From positions 1-64,000 of IMG/VR virus record IMGVR_UViG_3300032038_000060: a stretch of 64,000 bases of DNA; one strand, 5' to 3'. Shown here one piece after another: positions 28,141 to 37,638 of this stretch. The notes beneath the pieces are model-generated. The model did not search any database. It worked only from the letters and a program-made list of their open reading frames with translations, and was not told the DNA's origin. A program made the translations under genes and the position numbers. How positions within the stretch are numbered: position 1 is the first letter of the stretch; every line of letters starts with the position of its first letter. Source of the stretch: a virus (lineage: Duplodnaviria > Caudoviricetes).

Positions 28141-28153
28141 GCACCTTATTTTG
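28119..28153 (+). promoter_or_regulatory. Phage late-promoter motif TGCCCTTG-N20-TATTTTG
   Basis: Boxes at 28119-28126 and 28147-28153, upstream of the portal gene. Confidence 0.75.
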
Positions 28154-28181
28154 GGGATAAAATAAAAACACAAACACAGCT

Positions 28182-29984
28182 ATGAGTAAGAAGAATAGCA
28201 ATAAGGGTAATGGCGTTACTATCCACCGCCCATCGACCTATAATGAGTTTTCCAAAATTCACAGTTCACTGCTGTCGAGACGCTTTGCTGCTATTGACAC
28301 GCTAAAGCCCGGCACAGTGCGTGACATATCACTGGCACTGGGCGATGCTGCCAATGCCGGTGCTGAGCAGATGGCAGCCGGCATGGGCTGCGGTGCATGG
28401 AGTACTGGGCCGTTGTCAAAGGTGGCATGGGCGTTCGACGGTCGCGACAATACTGTTCATTCCGTCAAAGACAAAGACGGCAAGGATATGGGCCTTGGCT
28501 ATGTGGACTGGGGTGCCGGCAATAATGTTCCGTCGGTCATACCGCCGTTGGCGATGTCAAGCCCTTATACTGCCGCACCTTTGAGGTATATCGCCGACCT
28601 GATATCCGGACTGGGTGTCAGACTGATGTACCGCTTTCCTGACGACAAGCTGGTGCAATATAAGTATGCAGGTGAGATACTGAAGCAAAAGGTGCGTGAA
28701 TTGGAGAAGCAGAACCCCGTAGAAGATGTCATCGACGAGGTAAACGGTGTAGTTGCTATGGCTACAGGCTCAGAGCAACAAGCCCGTAAGGAAAACCCTG
28801 AACTGAAAGATGCCAAGGAGGCGTTGGATAAGTGGGAGAGGGTATGGTATGGCTATGAGGAAAAGGACGAGATTTTGGGTAGTACTCACATCCCCGGTGC
28901 CAAGGAATTCCTGGAGGACAATAACCTCGACCTACACCTGTCACAGTGCATGCAGGACCACGTGATGCTGGACATCCACTTCCCGACGGTGGGTCTGGAA
29001 CGCGGGCACAAGGGGTCTTGGAATCCCAAGGTGATACAGGTGGGACATATAAGCGCTGCTACGATGCGCATTGAGAAACAAAATGAACATGGGCACTCAA
29101 ACCACTGTTACCGTTCAGAGCAGTGGCGTACCCTCGGCATAGGTTCCAAGGTTGTCACCGACCCAGATAATCAGAAGATTGTGATGTACCCTGCGTGCAT
29201 GCCGCAGCATCTGCTCAGTGACTTGAAATATATCGTGAAATCGAACCAGAAGACACGCATAAAGGCACGTCCTACGTGGGTGGTATGCCCTACGTTCTAT
29301 CCGTCACTCAACAAGCCGTATTACCCACAGCCTGCATGGTGGAGCGTCTTTACGAGTAAGGCGTTTGATTTCTCGGCGACCATTTTGTATGACAAGTATA
29401 AGGCCCGCGAGAACTCTACCTCGTGGGGTAAAATTATATACATCAGCCTTGACTACCTGAACATGGTGTTCGGCGACATGGGCATTGCGGGCAACAAAGA
29501 GGAGCAGGACAAGTATGTCGAAGAGCTTGATCAGGAAATCGAACGGTTCCTGCAGCAGCGCGAGAACAACGGCAAGATGATGCGCCAATTTATGTGGGAA
29601 GGGAAGGACAGTAAGCAGAATAAGAACATTGAGATTGTCGATGTTGCAGAGACCGTGAAGGATGCCGTGCAGGCCGGCAAGGACGAGTTGGAACTGGCTA
29701 CCTCTCCTATATTTCTGGCGTTAGGAATAGATCCGCGCCTGGTCGGTGTGCCGATGGTAAAGTCAAGCAACGGCGGTACGGCTGTCAGGGAGTTGCACCT
29801 GCTGAAGCAGCAGCAGCTGAACATTCATCAGAGGCTATACCTGAACTGGCTCAATACGGCTGTCTGTGCCTTCAACGGCTGGACCGAAGGCAATGCAGAG
29901 TTCCATATTGTGCAGCAGACGCTAACCACGCTTGACAACAGCAAGACCGGCACGGTAGAGACCATCGCCGGCGAAGAGGCGTAG
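28182..29984 (+). CDS. Portal protein
   Basis: 600 aa, follows the terminase. 'DWGAGNNVP', 'YYPQPAWWS' and 'IFLALGIDPRLVG' resemble Bacteroidales phage portals. Confidence 0.75.
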   Translation: MSKKNSNKGNGVTIHRPSTYNEFSKIHSSLLSRRFAAIDTLKPGTVRDISLALGDAANAGAEQMAAGMGCGAWSTGPLSKVAWAFDGRDNTVHSVKDKDGKDMGLGYVDWGAGNNVPSVIPPLAMSSPYTAAPLRYIADLISGLGVRLMYRFPDDKLVQYKYAGEILKQKVRELEKQNPVEDVIDEVNGVVAMATGSEQQARKENPELKDAKEALDKWERVWYGYEEKDEILGSTHIPGAKEFLEDNNLDLHLSQCMQDHVMLDIHFPTVGLERGHKGSWNPKVIQVGHISAATMRIEKQNEHGHSNHCYRSEQWRTLGIGSKVVTDPDNQKIVMYPACMPQHLLSDLKYIVKSNQKTRIKARPTWVVCPTFYPSLNKPYYPQPAWWSVFTSKAFDFSATILYDKYKARENSTSWGKIIYISLDYLNMVFGDMGIAGNKEEQDKYVEELDQEIERFLQQRENNGKMMRQFMWEGKDSKQNKNIEIVDVAETVKDAVQAGKDELELATSPIFLALGIDPRLVGVPMVKSSNGGTAVRELHLLKQQQLNIHQRLYLNWLNTAVCAFNGWTEGNAEFHIVQQTLTTLDNSKTGTVETIAGEEA

Positions 29985-30188
29985 TCTGTTGGAAACAGGA
30001 TGGTTTCTGGTTTCTGGTTCCAGGTTTTAAGTTTCAGGTTTCAAAAAATACAAAACAGGAAGTAAGTTTTTTTCATACATGTTTTTTGGTGCAGCTGGCC
30101 GTGACGGTTCGCTGCATTTTTTATGCAAAAAGGGTGGGGGCTTAGCGCCTCCACCCACCATCACACGGCAATGTAATGGTCGTTCCGG

Positions 30189-30680
30189 TCAAACACCGAA
30201 GTACTTACGGATGTTATACACGCCATCCTTGTCCTTCAGGTTCTTCAGTGCCAGCTTATAGCAGGCGGTGATGATATCCTTGTCGGTAGGAACAAGTGTC
30301 TTGCCTATAAGCTCTGCAATGTTTTCTCCGAAATCAGAGTAAATCTTGTTCATTTCCACCCAGAGTGCGCAACGATTGTAGGCAGGCTGTTCTTCAAGCG
30401 GCAGACCGAAAGATTCCATAGTATTCTTCCATGCCTCACGCTTCCAAGGAGCTGACGGGTCCATCTTTGAGACGATAGCTTCTGCCTCCTTCGGAGTGAG
30501 ATACTGTTTCCACTTGATAGCCTCCAACTTGTCAATCATCTCTTCTGCCTCTGCAGGCATCTTCTGGATCATGACGTCCATCATTTCGGTCATGACATTG
30601 CCAAAGACCTTCATGTTCTTCGGGTTCTGGCTCTGAGCCATCATATTGTACAGCTCAGAATACTTTTCCTTTAAATTCAT
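30189..30680 (-). CDS. Hypothetical helical protein (cassette gene 7)
   Basis: 163 aa, 'YNRCALWVEMNKIYSDF' motif. Confidence 0.75.
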   Translation of the reverse strand: MNLKEKYSELYNMMAQSQNPKNMKVFGNVMTEMMDVMIQKMPAEAEEMIDKLEAIKWKQYLTPKEAEAIVSKMDPSAPWKREAWKNTMESFGLPLEEQPAYNRCALWVEMNKIYSDFGENIAELIGKTLVPTDKDIITACYKLALKNLKDKDGVYNIRKYFGV

Positions 30681-30725
30681 TTCTTTGTACGTTTTGTGCG
30701 GAGGTTCCCCGCTGGTTTATTACAA

Positions 30726-31079
30726 TTAGGACACGGTGCCTGCGGTATTACCGCTGTCGGCATCTGCGGCAGGCGTGTCGTTCTCGGTGTTTGGATAATT
30801 CTTCTCATAAAGCCACAAGTATAAAGTGTCGACAAATCCTTCTAACAGTTCAAGCCACAAGGCCAGATAGGCGCACAGGAAAGATATTGCAAGCAATAGT
30901 GGTATGTCGGAAAAACCGACTACCCACACTTCGTATATCAGGACAGACCAGAAGGTGAAGCACTTTGGGCAGTTGATGATGGGAATCTCTATGTCCACCA
31001 CTTTTTCTGCTGCCTTGACAAGTCCGAGGTGGTTTGCCGTGACGCAGACGAAGACTATGCTTGCAATATCAATCCACAT
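30726..31079 (-). CDS. Membrane protein with CxxC (DUF1360-like; cassette gene 6)
   Basis: Three hydrophobic segments, 'INCPKCFTFWSVL'. Confidence 0.6.
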   Translation of the reverse strand: MWIDIASIVFVCVTANHLGLVKAAEKVVDIEIPIINCPKCFTFWSVLIYEVWVVGFSDIPLLLAISFLCAYLALWLELLEGFVDTLYLWLYEKNYPNTENDTPAADADSGNTAGTVS

Positions 31080-31081
31080 GG

Positions 31082-31540
31082 TTACGCTCCTGTTGCCACG
31101 TTAAGCGTTACGGTGATGGCAATGCAGTTGGTTACATTGCAGCAAGGCTGTACGTTTGTAGGAGCTGCAACAGCCGTTCCTACTATCACTGTAGGCGTTG
31201 TAGCCGCAGAGCATGGCACGCATACTGTGCAGTAGATGTTCTCCGTCCGTGGGCACTGGTTGCACTGACAGCCGCAAGTGTAAGGCATGTAGGTGCAGGT
31301 GCCGGAGATAAGCACTTCCTGACAGTATTCCGTTGTACCATTGACTGTCTGTGCGACGGGCAAGCCGAGGGGTGTTGCCTTCAGGTCAGCCGAAACTGGA
31401 TAGGTTTCAGAAGTACAGAGTTTCTTGTTGCCACATGTGTAGTGGTCCAACTGAAGCAGATAGTTAGCATCTGCTGCAGTGCCTCCGGGATAAGGCGTGA
31501 GCGATAGCACGAAGGTCTTTCCGTTGTTGTTACAGTTCAT
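31082..31540 (-). CDS. Cys/Thr-rich beta protein (cassette gene 5)
   Basis: 152 aa with clustered cysteines, including 'CGCQCNQC', 'CTVCVPC' and 'PCCNVTNC'. Confidence 0.75.
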   Translation of the reverse strand: MNCNNNGKTFVLSLTPYPGGTAADANYLLQLDHYTCGNKKLCTSETYPVSADLKATPLGLPVAQTVNGTTEYCQEVLISGTCTYMPYTCGCQCNQCPRTENIYCTVCVPCSAATTPTVIVGTAVAAPTNVQPCCNVTNCIAITVTLNVATGA

Positions 31541-31575
31541 AGTGTTTGTGTTGTTGATTGTTTAGGGAGTCTATT

Positions 31576-31866
31576 TTATTCGCCGCTTCCCATTTGCGAT
31601 ATTTCGTTGGCAGGAAAAATCGGCATTTCCGATTTTGCTTCTGTGTCTATCGCAACAGCCTCACTGTTCTGGATGTCATCTATCTTTTCGGACAGTCCCT
31701 TAATAGTGCCTTGCATGCTTACGATTGACATTTGCATTGCCTCCATCATACGCATGGAGTTGTAGGTGTGTTGTGCTGCGCAATACTGCCACTGCACCTT
31801 ACGGTCTGTAATCGCCCTACAGTTCAGGCAATCGCCGTTACATTGGAATTTCTGTGTTTCGTCCAT
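31576..31866 (-). CDS. Small protein with a Cys cluster plus coiled coil (cassette gene 4)
   Basis: Start MDETQKF at 31866. Motif 'CNGDCLNC....QWQYCAAQ'. Confidence 0.7.
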   Translation of the reverse strand: MDETQKFQCNGDCLNCRAITDRKVQWQYCAAQHTYNSMRMMEAMQMSIVSMQGTIKGLSEKIDDIQNSEAVAIDTEAKSEMPIFPANEISQMGSGE

Positions 31867-31871
31867 AGCTC

Positions 31872-32096
31872 TTACGGTATTTGAAAATATTGTATAATCT
31901 GTTTCTTGACGAGATAGTTCTTGTCCCAATTCCTAAGGGCCTGCGTCACTTTCCTTGCGGTGACTGCGCGGCACTGTGAGGCTTGGAAACCGATGAAGGT
32001 GATGATGGCCTGGCGGCATTCTTCTACCTCCTGTTCATTCTCCGCATAGATATTGAAGGAGAGCGGAAATCCTTTGAGTTGTTTCTGTGCGTCCAT
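31872..32096 (-). CDS. Hypothetical protein (cassette gene 3)
   Basis: 74-aa ORF tightly packed in the operon. Confidence 0.65.
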   Translation of the reverse strand: MDAQKQLKGFPLSFNIYAENEQEVEECRQAIITFIGFQASQCRAVTARKVTQALRNWDKNYLVKKQIIQYFQIP

Positions 32097-32111
32097 ACTA
32101 TTGCCGTGTTA

Positions 32112-32477
32112 TTAGTTGATTTCTGGTAATGGTTCTTCTTCTGCAGCTTCTGCCACGTCTTCGCCTATTGACGGCAGTGCGCCCCTGTTGGCGATTATCG
32201 AGCGTATGAAATCATAGCCGCTGATGATATCGTTCTTATTGTTTTTGATGAACGAGAAGAAGTCTGACGTACCACTCTTCATCTGATCCATGAAAGTTGG
32301 CGGCACTGGGTCGAAGTCGGGCAGCTTCATATTCTTGTTATAGAAGTCCACCATCTCTTGTGCCTTCTGCATATCACCTTTATGATACCACATGGCAACC
32401 TGTATAAGTTGCGCCTTGCTTGTGGGTATGTATGACTGAATAAATTCCATACGCTTTTTGTCTTTAAACCATAACAT
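32112..32477 (-). CDS. Hypothetical protein (cassette gene 2)
   Basis: 121-aa ORF. Confidence 0.7.
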   Translation of the reverse strand: MLWFKDKKRMEFIQSYIPTSKAQLIQVAMWYHKGDMQKAQEMVDFYNKNMKLPDFDPVPPTFMDQMKSGTSDFFSFIKNNKNDIISGYDFIRSIIANRGALPSIGEDVAEAAEEEPLPEIN

Positions 32478-32544
32478 TTTTGCCGTGTATTAAATGAAAA
32501 AGGGAAGGTGCCGAAACCGACACCTTGTCCCAAAGGTTGTGCCT

Positions 32545-33099
32545 TTACATGCCACATCCGCAGCCGCTTGCAGGGCAAGCACATGGCTTAGCATCCTGAT
32601 ACAGTGCTACACGCTGTGGATTCTCAGAGTAACGGCCTGTCATAAGACCTGTCATTACCTGCTGTGTTGCCACTTGCGATGCAGCAAGCTCTGCCTGCTG
32701 TTGTGCTGTGAGAGAGGATGTCTGCTGACCTGAGATGGTATCAGTTATTGTCTGACTGATATTCAAATCACCTTGCAGACGCTCCTGGCGCTCTGCTGCG
32801 AACAAGTTGGTGAGCTGGTCAAGCTGACGCTGAGAAGCAGCAATCTGTGCATTGGCGAGTTCCTTTGCAGCGATAGCAGCCTCACGTGCCTGGTTGGCTT
32901 TGGCATTACCATACAGAGGAGCGAAGATCCAGGCTGTCACGCCTGCAACCGTCCCGACAATACCTGTTACAAGGCCTGTCACTGCGATGCCGGAGGTGTG
33001 TCCTTTGGCCTGCATGTTCTGAGTCTTGAACTGCTCATAGGGTGACATGCCGCTTTCGAGGCTCTTCAATGTCATAAGGTCATTCAATTCGAGTGCCAT
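32545..33099 (-). CDS. Membrane-anchored coiled-coil protein with a CACPASGCGCG tail (cassette gene 1)
   Basis: Gly-zipper TM 'GIAVTGLVTGIVGTVAGVTAWIF', Q/A-rich coil, Cys-rich C-terminus. A TACTTTTG -7 box lies at 33159-33166. Confidence 0.75.
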   Translation of the reverse strand: MALELNDLMTLKSLESGMSPYEQFKTQNMQAKGHTSGIAVTGLVTGIVGTVAGVTAWIFAPLYGNAKANQAREAAIAAKELANAQIAASQRQLDQLTNLFAAERQERLQGDLNISQTITDTISGQQTSSLTAQQQAELAASQVATQQVMTGLMTGRYSENPQRVALYQDAKPCACPASGCGCGM

Positions 33100-33225
33100 A
33101 GTTGAAAAGTTTTAAGAGTGAATAAATTAGGTTACACGTCAAAGCGCTTTTGACAATGCAAAAGTAGTAACCTTTTTACCCTTAAAACAGAGGTAAAACA
33201 CTCTTTCAGACTTCACAAAATGAAG

Positions 33226-33389
33226 TCATTTAACATCTTGACCGAGCCTGCGGATTATCCGTTGTATCCTGGATTTGTTGATGCCATGTGCCAAAGAGAG
33301 TCGCATAATAACAAAACGGTATTTGAAGCCTTTCCGTCGCATTTCCAGTTACTCTCCTTGGCACCATAATCTGACATCGTTTTTAACAT
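33226..33389 (-). pseudogene. Frameshifted paralog of the small HTH gene at 51497-51730
   Basis: Reads LKTMSDYGAKESNW, then after a deletion of about 31 nt MRRKGFKYRFVIMRLSLAHGINKSRIQRIIRRLGQDVK*. The intact gene reads LKTMSDYGVKEGDW-RYIDLYEEYRE-MRRKGFKYRFVIMQLSMTHCISKSKVERIIRRLGQDVKC. Confidence 0.85.
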
Positions 33390-33555
33390 AATCCTTGCTA
33401 ATTCTTTCAAAACTTGCAAGCGCTCGGCATCCCGAAGGGTGACGCTTGCTACCAACGGGACGCAAGAATTGGAAAGAAATAAGCAGATTTAAACCTGCTT
33501 AATCGGCAAGGTATAGTTAATTATTGCAAATAAATAAACTTTTTCGGGGTTTTAT

Positions 33556-33587
33556 ATTGCATATATTATATTTTCTTATTACCTTTG
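33556..33587 (+). promoter_or_regulatory. Host-type promoter (ATTG-N20-TACCTTTG)
   Basis: tacctttg 33580-33587, upstream of 33613. Confidence 0.65.
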
Positions 33588-33612
33588 CACTCGAAAAGAT
33601 AACCGAAACGAC

Positions 33613-33810
33613 ATGAAACGAAATAAAGGAGGCCGCCCAGAGACTGACCGCAAGAACGCCATCACCATTCGCATCAGCGATGAAGCGCAGCGCATCTTGG
33701 ACGGCGAACACAATAAGAGTGAGTTAATAGATGCCCTCATTCGAGGCAAAGCAGCACGCCTGCAATGCCCGAACTGTGGCACAGTGATTACGATTAAAAC
33801 GGAGGACTGA
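33613..33810 (+). CDS. Ribbon-helix-helix-like regulator with a CxxC knuckle
   Basis: 'GGRP', alternating strand 'AITIRIS', 'NKSELIDALI' and 'CPNCG'. Confidence 0.6.
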   Translation: MKRNKGGRPETDRKNAITIRISDEAQRILDGEHNKSELIDALIRGKAARLQCPNCGTVITIKTED

Positions 33811-33989
33811 TGATGGCAAAGGATTTACTTGACATCGGAATAGAGTTTCTTAGGGAGTACATAAATGCGACGCCCGAAGAACGACAGCAGTTTGCCCATA
33901 GAGTTAGTACGATGGGGTGTAGTGCCGATGAACTCTTAGAGGCTTCTGAGAGAATCAGAGAAATAGCAAAAACAATTAAGGAGGAATGA
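33810..33989 (+). CDS. Small hypothetical protein (not in the ORF track)
   Basis: 59 aa, MMAKDLLDIGIEFLREY...AKTIKEE. The start overlaps the previous stop (TGATG). Confidence 0.55.
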   Translation: MMAKDLLDIGIEFLREYINATPEERQQFAHRVSTMGCSADELLEASERIREIAKTIKEE

Positions 33990-33992
33990 ACT

Positions 33993-34454
33993 ATGGGAGC
34001 ATATATTGCAAGACAGCCAAACGGCCTGCTGTGCCGGTTCTCGTCAGTTGTGGATGCCGTGACGCACTACAACTACAGCGAGGAAGAGTATATAGAACTT
34101 TGTGCGGAGAAGGCGAGAGAAGAAGCACGTCGCAATCTGCAAGACCCGCACTTCATCGAGCCGTTTGACCGCGTGGTGGATGATGTCCGCTTTGACAACA
34201 TCACTTACGAGGAATGGGTGAAGCAAGCGGGCGAAATGGGTTACACGGAGCCCGACTGGAAGTTCAAGCCTGGCGACTGGGTGATAGTCCACAGCGACAA
34301 GGACAATACGGACGGTCACGAGGGCGAGGTGTGGAAATCGTCAAAGGATAAGGACGGCAGGATAAGGGTCGAAGTGTTCATAGAAGAGTTGGGAGGTTCG
34401 TGGCTATTTGACGAATCGGAACTAACGAAGACAAATAATGGAGCCACCGCTTGA
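33993..34454 (+). CDS. Hypothetical protein with a C-terminal KOW/SH3-like segment
   Basis: 'FKPGDWVIVHSDKDNTDGHEGEV'. Confidence 0.65.
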   Translation: MGAYIARQPNGLLCRFSSVVDAVTHYNYSEEEYIELCAEKAREEARRNLQDPHFIEPFDRVVDDVRFDNITYEEWVKQAGEMGYTEPDWKFKPGDWVIVHSDKDNTDGHEGEVWKSSKDKDGRIRVEVFIEELGGSWLFDESELTKTNNGATA

Positions 34455-34484
34455 CGATAAGGAATTGTTGAAGGAGGACTGAAT

Positions 34485-34817
34485 ATGGAAGACTGGAAAA
34501 TCAAGGTTGGTCTATGGGAGTGCAAGAACATGTACGGCTTGACCGAAGAGGAAGAAATGCTGCCGTTCCTGCCGAGAGTGAACGACGTGTTTTGGATGTC
34601 TGATGCCTGCGAGGAAAGGCTTAGGAAAAGGCTGCGCAAATGTTTGAAAGAGCATGGATGTGGCGACGGGTGCCCGTTCACCAACGAGAAGGGCAAGACG
34701 GACATCAAGGACGAGGTGATGGTACACGAGGTTTTTTTCAAGGTCGAAGACCACGAGGTCGAGCTGACGTTGAGAAAGGAAGGCGATGTTGTATGGGACC
34801 AGTACAAAATAGATTAA
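34485..34817 (+). CDS. Hypothetical protein
   Basis: 110-aa ORF in an accessory operon. Confidence 0.6.
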   Translation: MEDWKIKVGLWECKNMYGLTEEEEMLPFLPRVNDVFWMSDACEERLRKRLRKCLKEHGCGDGCPFTNEKGKTDIKDEVMVHEVFFKVEDHEVELTLRKEGDVVWDQYKID

Positions 34818-34821
34818 GACT

Positions 34822-35181
34822 ATGCCGCATAAGATAGCACTCAACGGATTCGGAAGGCTGGGCAGGCTTGCGCTGATGGCGCAGACGTTGCCGCTCATGC
34901 CACCGGTGGCGAAACGGGTATTTGAGGATGGCATAGAATCGCTGAAAGACGTGATTAACGAGAAGGACAATCGGAATGTCAGCCTGCGGATGTACCCGAC
35001 ACCAACCAGCAGGGAGTTCAAACTGAGACCGCCTGAGTCTGTCGTGACGGATGCTGTGGTCGATACGTCGGGCATACCAAATCCACGATATCACGACCGC
35101 ACGTTCCCGAAGGACTACTACAAACGGAAGAAGGCGAAACGTCGTCAGCAGAAGCAATCAAAGAAGAGGAGCCGTAAGTGA
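34822..35181 (+). CDS. Hypothetical protein with a GAPDH-like N-terminal motif and a basic tail
   Basis: Begins MPHKIALNGFGRLGRLA and ends in a K/R-rich tail. Confidence 0.6.
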   Translation: MPHKIALNGFGRLGRLALMAQTLPLMPPVAKRVFEDGIESLKDVINEKDNRNVSLRMYPTPTSREFKLRPPESVVTDAVVDTSGIPNPRYHDRTFPKDYYKRKKAKRRQQKQSKKRSRK

Positions 35182-35340
35182 CTCCTCTTCTTGTTTCGCA
35201 GGGCGTGGTTGGCGTTACCCAACTCTCGACGTTCTGTGCGGTGTCGCTGGTCAGCCACGTGTTCGGCTGTGCTTCCTGCGGAAGTGTAAGCAGAACGTGT
35301 TAATCTTCTACGGACATACCGAACGCCCCGATGGTTTATT

Positions 35341-35904
35341 CTATCCCGCCATTGTTCTCGCCTCCGGCGTGGGCGTTTCGTCCTCCGGGAAAAGTTCCTC
35401 GTAGGGTGCCCAGTCGATGCCGTCCTTCTCAGCCCAGCCTGCCTGCTGACAGGCGAGCACGTGGTTGGTGGTGGCGACGCAGATGGCGTGCATCTCACTG
35501 GCGTCGGCAAACTCCTCATACACGGGTGTGTTGTCAGACAGCTCGCCAATCTTGTAGCGCAGGGGGAACGTCAGGTCGTCGGCCTGCTGGTGCATGGCGT
35601 GGAAGTCGCTCTGGTTCTCCTTCGAGAGCCATACCTTTACCGCCGTGCCTGCCTGCCCGCCGTGCTTCACGGTGTAGGCAAAGCCGCTGATGATGCGTTC
35701 GGTGGTGCGGGCGTTGATGTCGCCGATGATGGCATCCTTCACCGTTTGCAGATTCAGCTGCGATGTCTGCTTCTTCGGCAGATACACCTCCAGCCACTCG
35801 TACAGGTCTTTACTCAGTTTCTTCAAGCCGTAGCAGATGGTGATACGGCTGCCGTCTTCGCGTACTGGTGCGAAGGAGGCTTGTGTTCCGTTTACTTTGT
35901 TCAT
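35341..35904 (-). CDS. Phage tail-associated protein (DUF4376-like)
   Basis: 'VKVWLSKENQ', 'FPLRYKIG' and 'GWAEKDGIDWAPY'. Preceded by the variant late motif CGCCCTTG-N20-TATTTTA (35948-35982, - strand). Confidence 0.5.
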   Translation of the reverse strand: MNKVNGTQASFAPVREDGSRITICYGLKKLSKDLYEWLEVYLPKKQTSQLNLQTVKDAIIGDINARTTERIISGFAYTVKHGGQAGTAVKVWLSKENQSDFHAMHQQADDLTFPLRYKIGELSDNTPVYEEFADASEMHAICVATTNHVLACQQAGWAEKDGIDWAPYEELFPEDETPTPEARTMAG

Positions 35905-35986
35905 TGCTGTTTTTAATTTTAAAATTGTTTGTGTTGAACTTTTTCCGTAAAATATATCTTTTTTGCTTCCGCGTCAAGGGCGCATG

Positions 35987-37237
35987 TCATGCCACTAAAG
36001 GTTTACATTTTAACATATCGGCATCGAACTCTATAATCTGTGAGATGTCGTTCGTATCAAAAATCTCGCGGCGAAGGTTATAACTGGCTGTGTGAGAGAG
36101 TATTCCAAGATAGCTGCTGATAGTGAGGTTTGCGGATTTGACATTGCGAAGATCTATTTCCTGCATTCTAACCTTTATACGCTCCAGCGTCTTGTTACTC
36201 ACATAATCACGGTACGGTTTCACAAAAGTACCCAGAAACTCTACTCCCTTATGCACCTCCTGTATATGTAGCTTGCCCATAAGTAATTCCAGCCCAAGTT
36301 CATCATATAAAAACTCTCGCACCTTTGGCACTTGGGCCAAAAGCCATTCCTTGTCAGGGTCAATCATATTGCTGTCATCAACATATCTGCCATAATGTCT
36401 GCACAAAAGGATACGCTTTACGTATTGGTCGAACACATTCAGATAGACATTACTGAAGAGTTGTGAGGTAAGATTGCCGATTGGCAGAGCCAATCCTTTC
36501 TCGACAAAGCGCATGCACTTAGCATGGTCAATATCATCCCAGTCAGAGGGGTCGCCTACTATCTGGCAATTTTCCATCGGGTCAAGCATCACAATCTGCT
36601 CGGTGAGCCACAAGATAAAATCGAAGTCACGTATGTCTGCCCATGTGGTTTCAGAAGTCAGTAGCACACCAGAAGGTATTGACACCTCATCGGACACACC
36701 TACTTTGTGTGTTGCCATTTTCTTTAACGAGGCCGTCGCTATCTTCAGTAACTTCTCGCGATTTATGTGCATAAAATAACCGCGAATATCAAGGCTCATA
36801 GCGTATGCTTCCTCCTGCCAATTAAGCGACGCCTCACGCACATGTTTACGAATACGTTCTATTCCATAGCCTGTTCCACGTCCCTCTATGCAAGAATAGG
36901 AGTCGGCAATAAAGGTGCGTTCAAACAGTTGGTGCGTATAGTTGAAATACAGGTGATGCACGATGCGGTCACGAAAAATTGCAGCGAACACTTCGCGTTT
37001 CTTAGGATATGTAACAACAAAGCACTTTGATGGAAGTGCTTTGTATCTGCGCATTAGCAGGTCATCACAAAGAGAATTTAGATTCTCTGCCAGATTGCGC
37101 TCGAACTTCTGCACGTACGACATCTTGTGCTTATGCCTTGCGGCATCATAAAATGCTACATATAGGTCGTAAAGAAGTTGCTGGCGGGTAAGATGATACG
37201 TATGGCTAAGAGAGGAATTGACTGACTCGTATGTCAT
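35987..37237 (-). CDS. DGR reverse transcriptase
   Basis: Start MTYESV at 37237 (416 aa). Motifs 'FRDRIVHH', 'SLDIRGYFMHI', 'LPIGNLTSQLFSNVYL' and 'YGRYVDD'. Confidence 0.95.
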   Translation of the reverse strand: MTYESVNSSLSHTYHLTRQQLLYDLYVAFYDAARHKHKMSYVQKFERNLAENLNSLCDDLLMRRYKALPSKCFVVTYPKKREVFAAIFRDRIVHHLYFNYTHQLFERTFIADSYSCIEGRGTGYGIERIRKHVREASLNWQEEAYAMSLDIRGYFMHINREKLLKIATASLKKMATHKVGVSDEVSIPSGVLLTSETTWADIRDFDFILWLTEQIVMLDPMENCQIVGDPSDWDDIDHAKCMRFVEKGLALPIGNLTSQLFSNVYLNVFDQYVKRILLCRHYGRYVDDSNMIDPDKEWLLAQVPKVREFLYDELGLELLMGKLHIQEVHKGVEFLGTFVKPYRDYVSNKTLERIKVRMQEIDLRNVKSANLTISSYLGILSHTASYNLRREIFDTNDISQIIEFDADMLKCKPLVA

Positions 37238-37249
37238 CGTAGATAAGGG

Positions 37250-37428
37250 CTGGACTGGACGCACAGGGAAACCGTTGTACCGGTTGTTGTTGTTCTGTGG
37301 ATTGACACCACCACTGTTGAAGTTCAGGTTGCGGGCATTACGACTGCTGTTGAACGTAGAAGACCAGTAGTTCCCGTTTGAACCGCGATTATTGCGAGAC
37401 GTACCATTACCGTTGCCAGAGCAGGCAA
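37250..37428 (-). ncRNA. DGR template repeat (TR), 179 bp
   Basis: Aligns without gaps to 38327-38505. All 16 differences are at TR adenines. Rich in Asn (AAC/AAT) codons. Confidence 0.97.
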
Positions 37429-37638
37429 TCGGGAAAATATACCTCAAAACAAAACCTGCATACGTCCTGAGTAATGCGTCGGTTGTTACCTATATGGCAG
37501 CAAGGAAGAACACTGGGAGCCACCTTGCGTCTTTACTTTTTCCCACATCCTACGGATGGAGGACGAACAACCTATGAACTTGTCTAATTCCTGACATCGG
37601 ACTTTCCTTGTCTTTTTATCACTTTACGTATCTTATAG

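Noticed and set aside
37238-37447. 70-aa N-terminal extension of the RT in the ORF track
   Set aside because: It is the template repeat read in frame (Asn-rich mirror of the VR). The RT more plausibly starts at ATG 37237.
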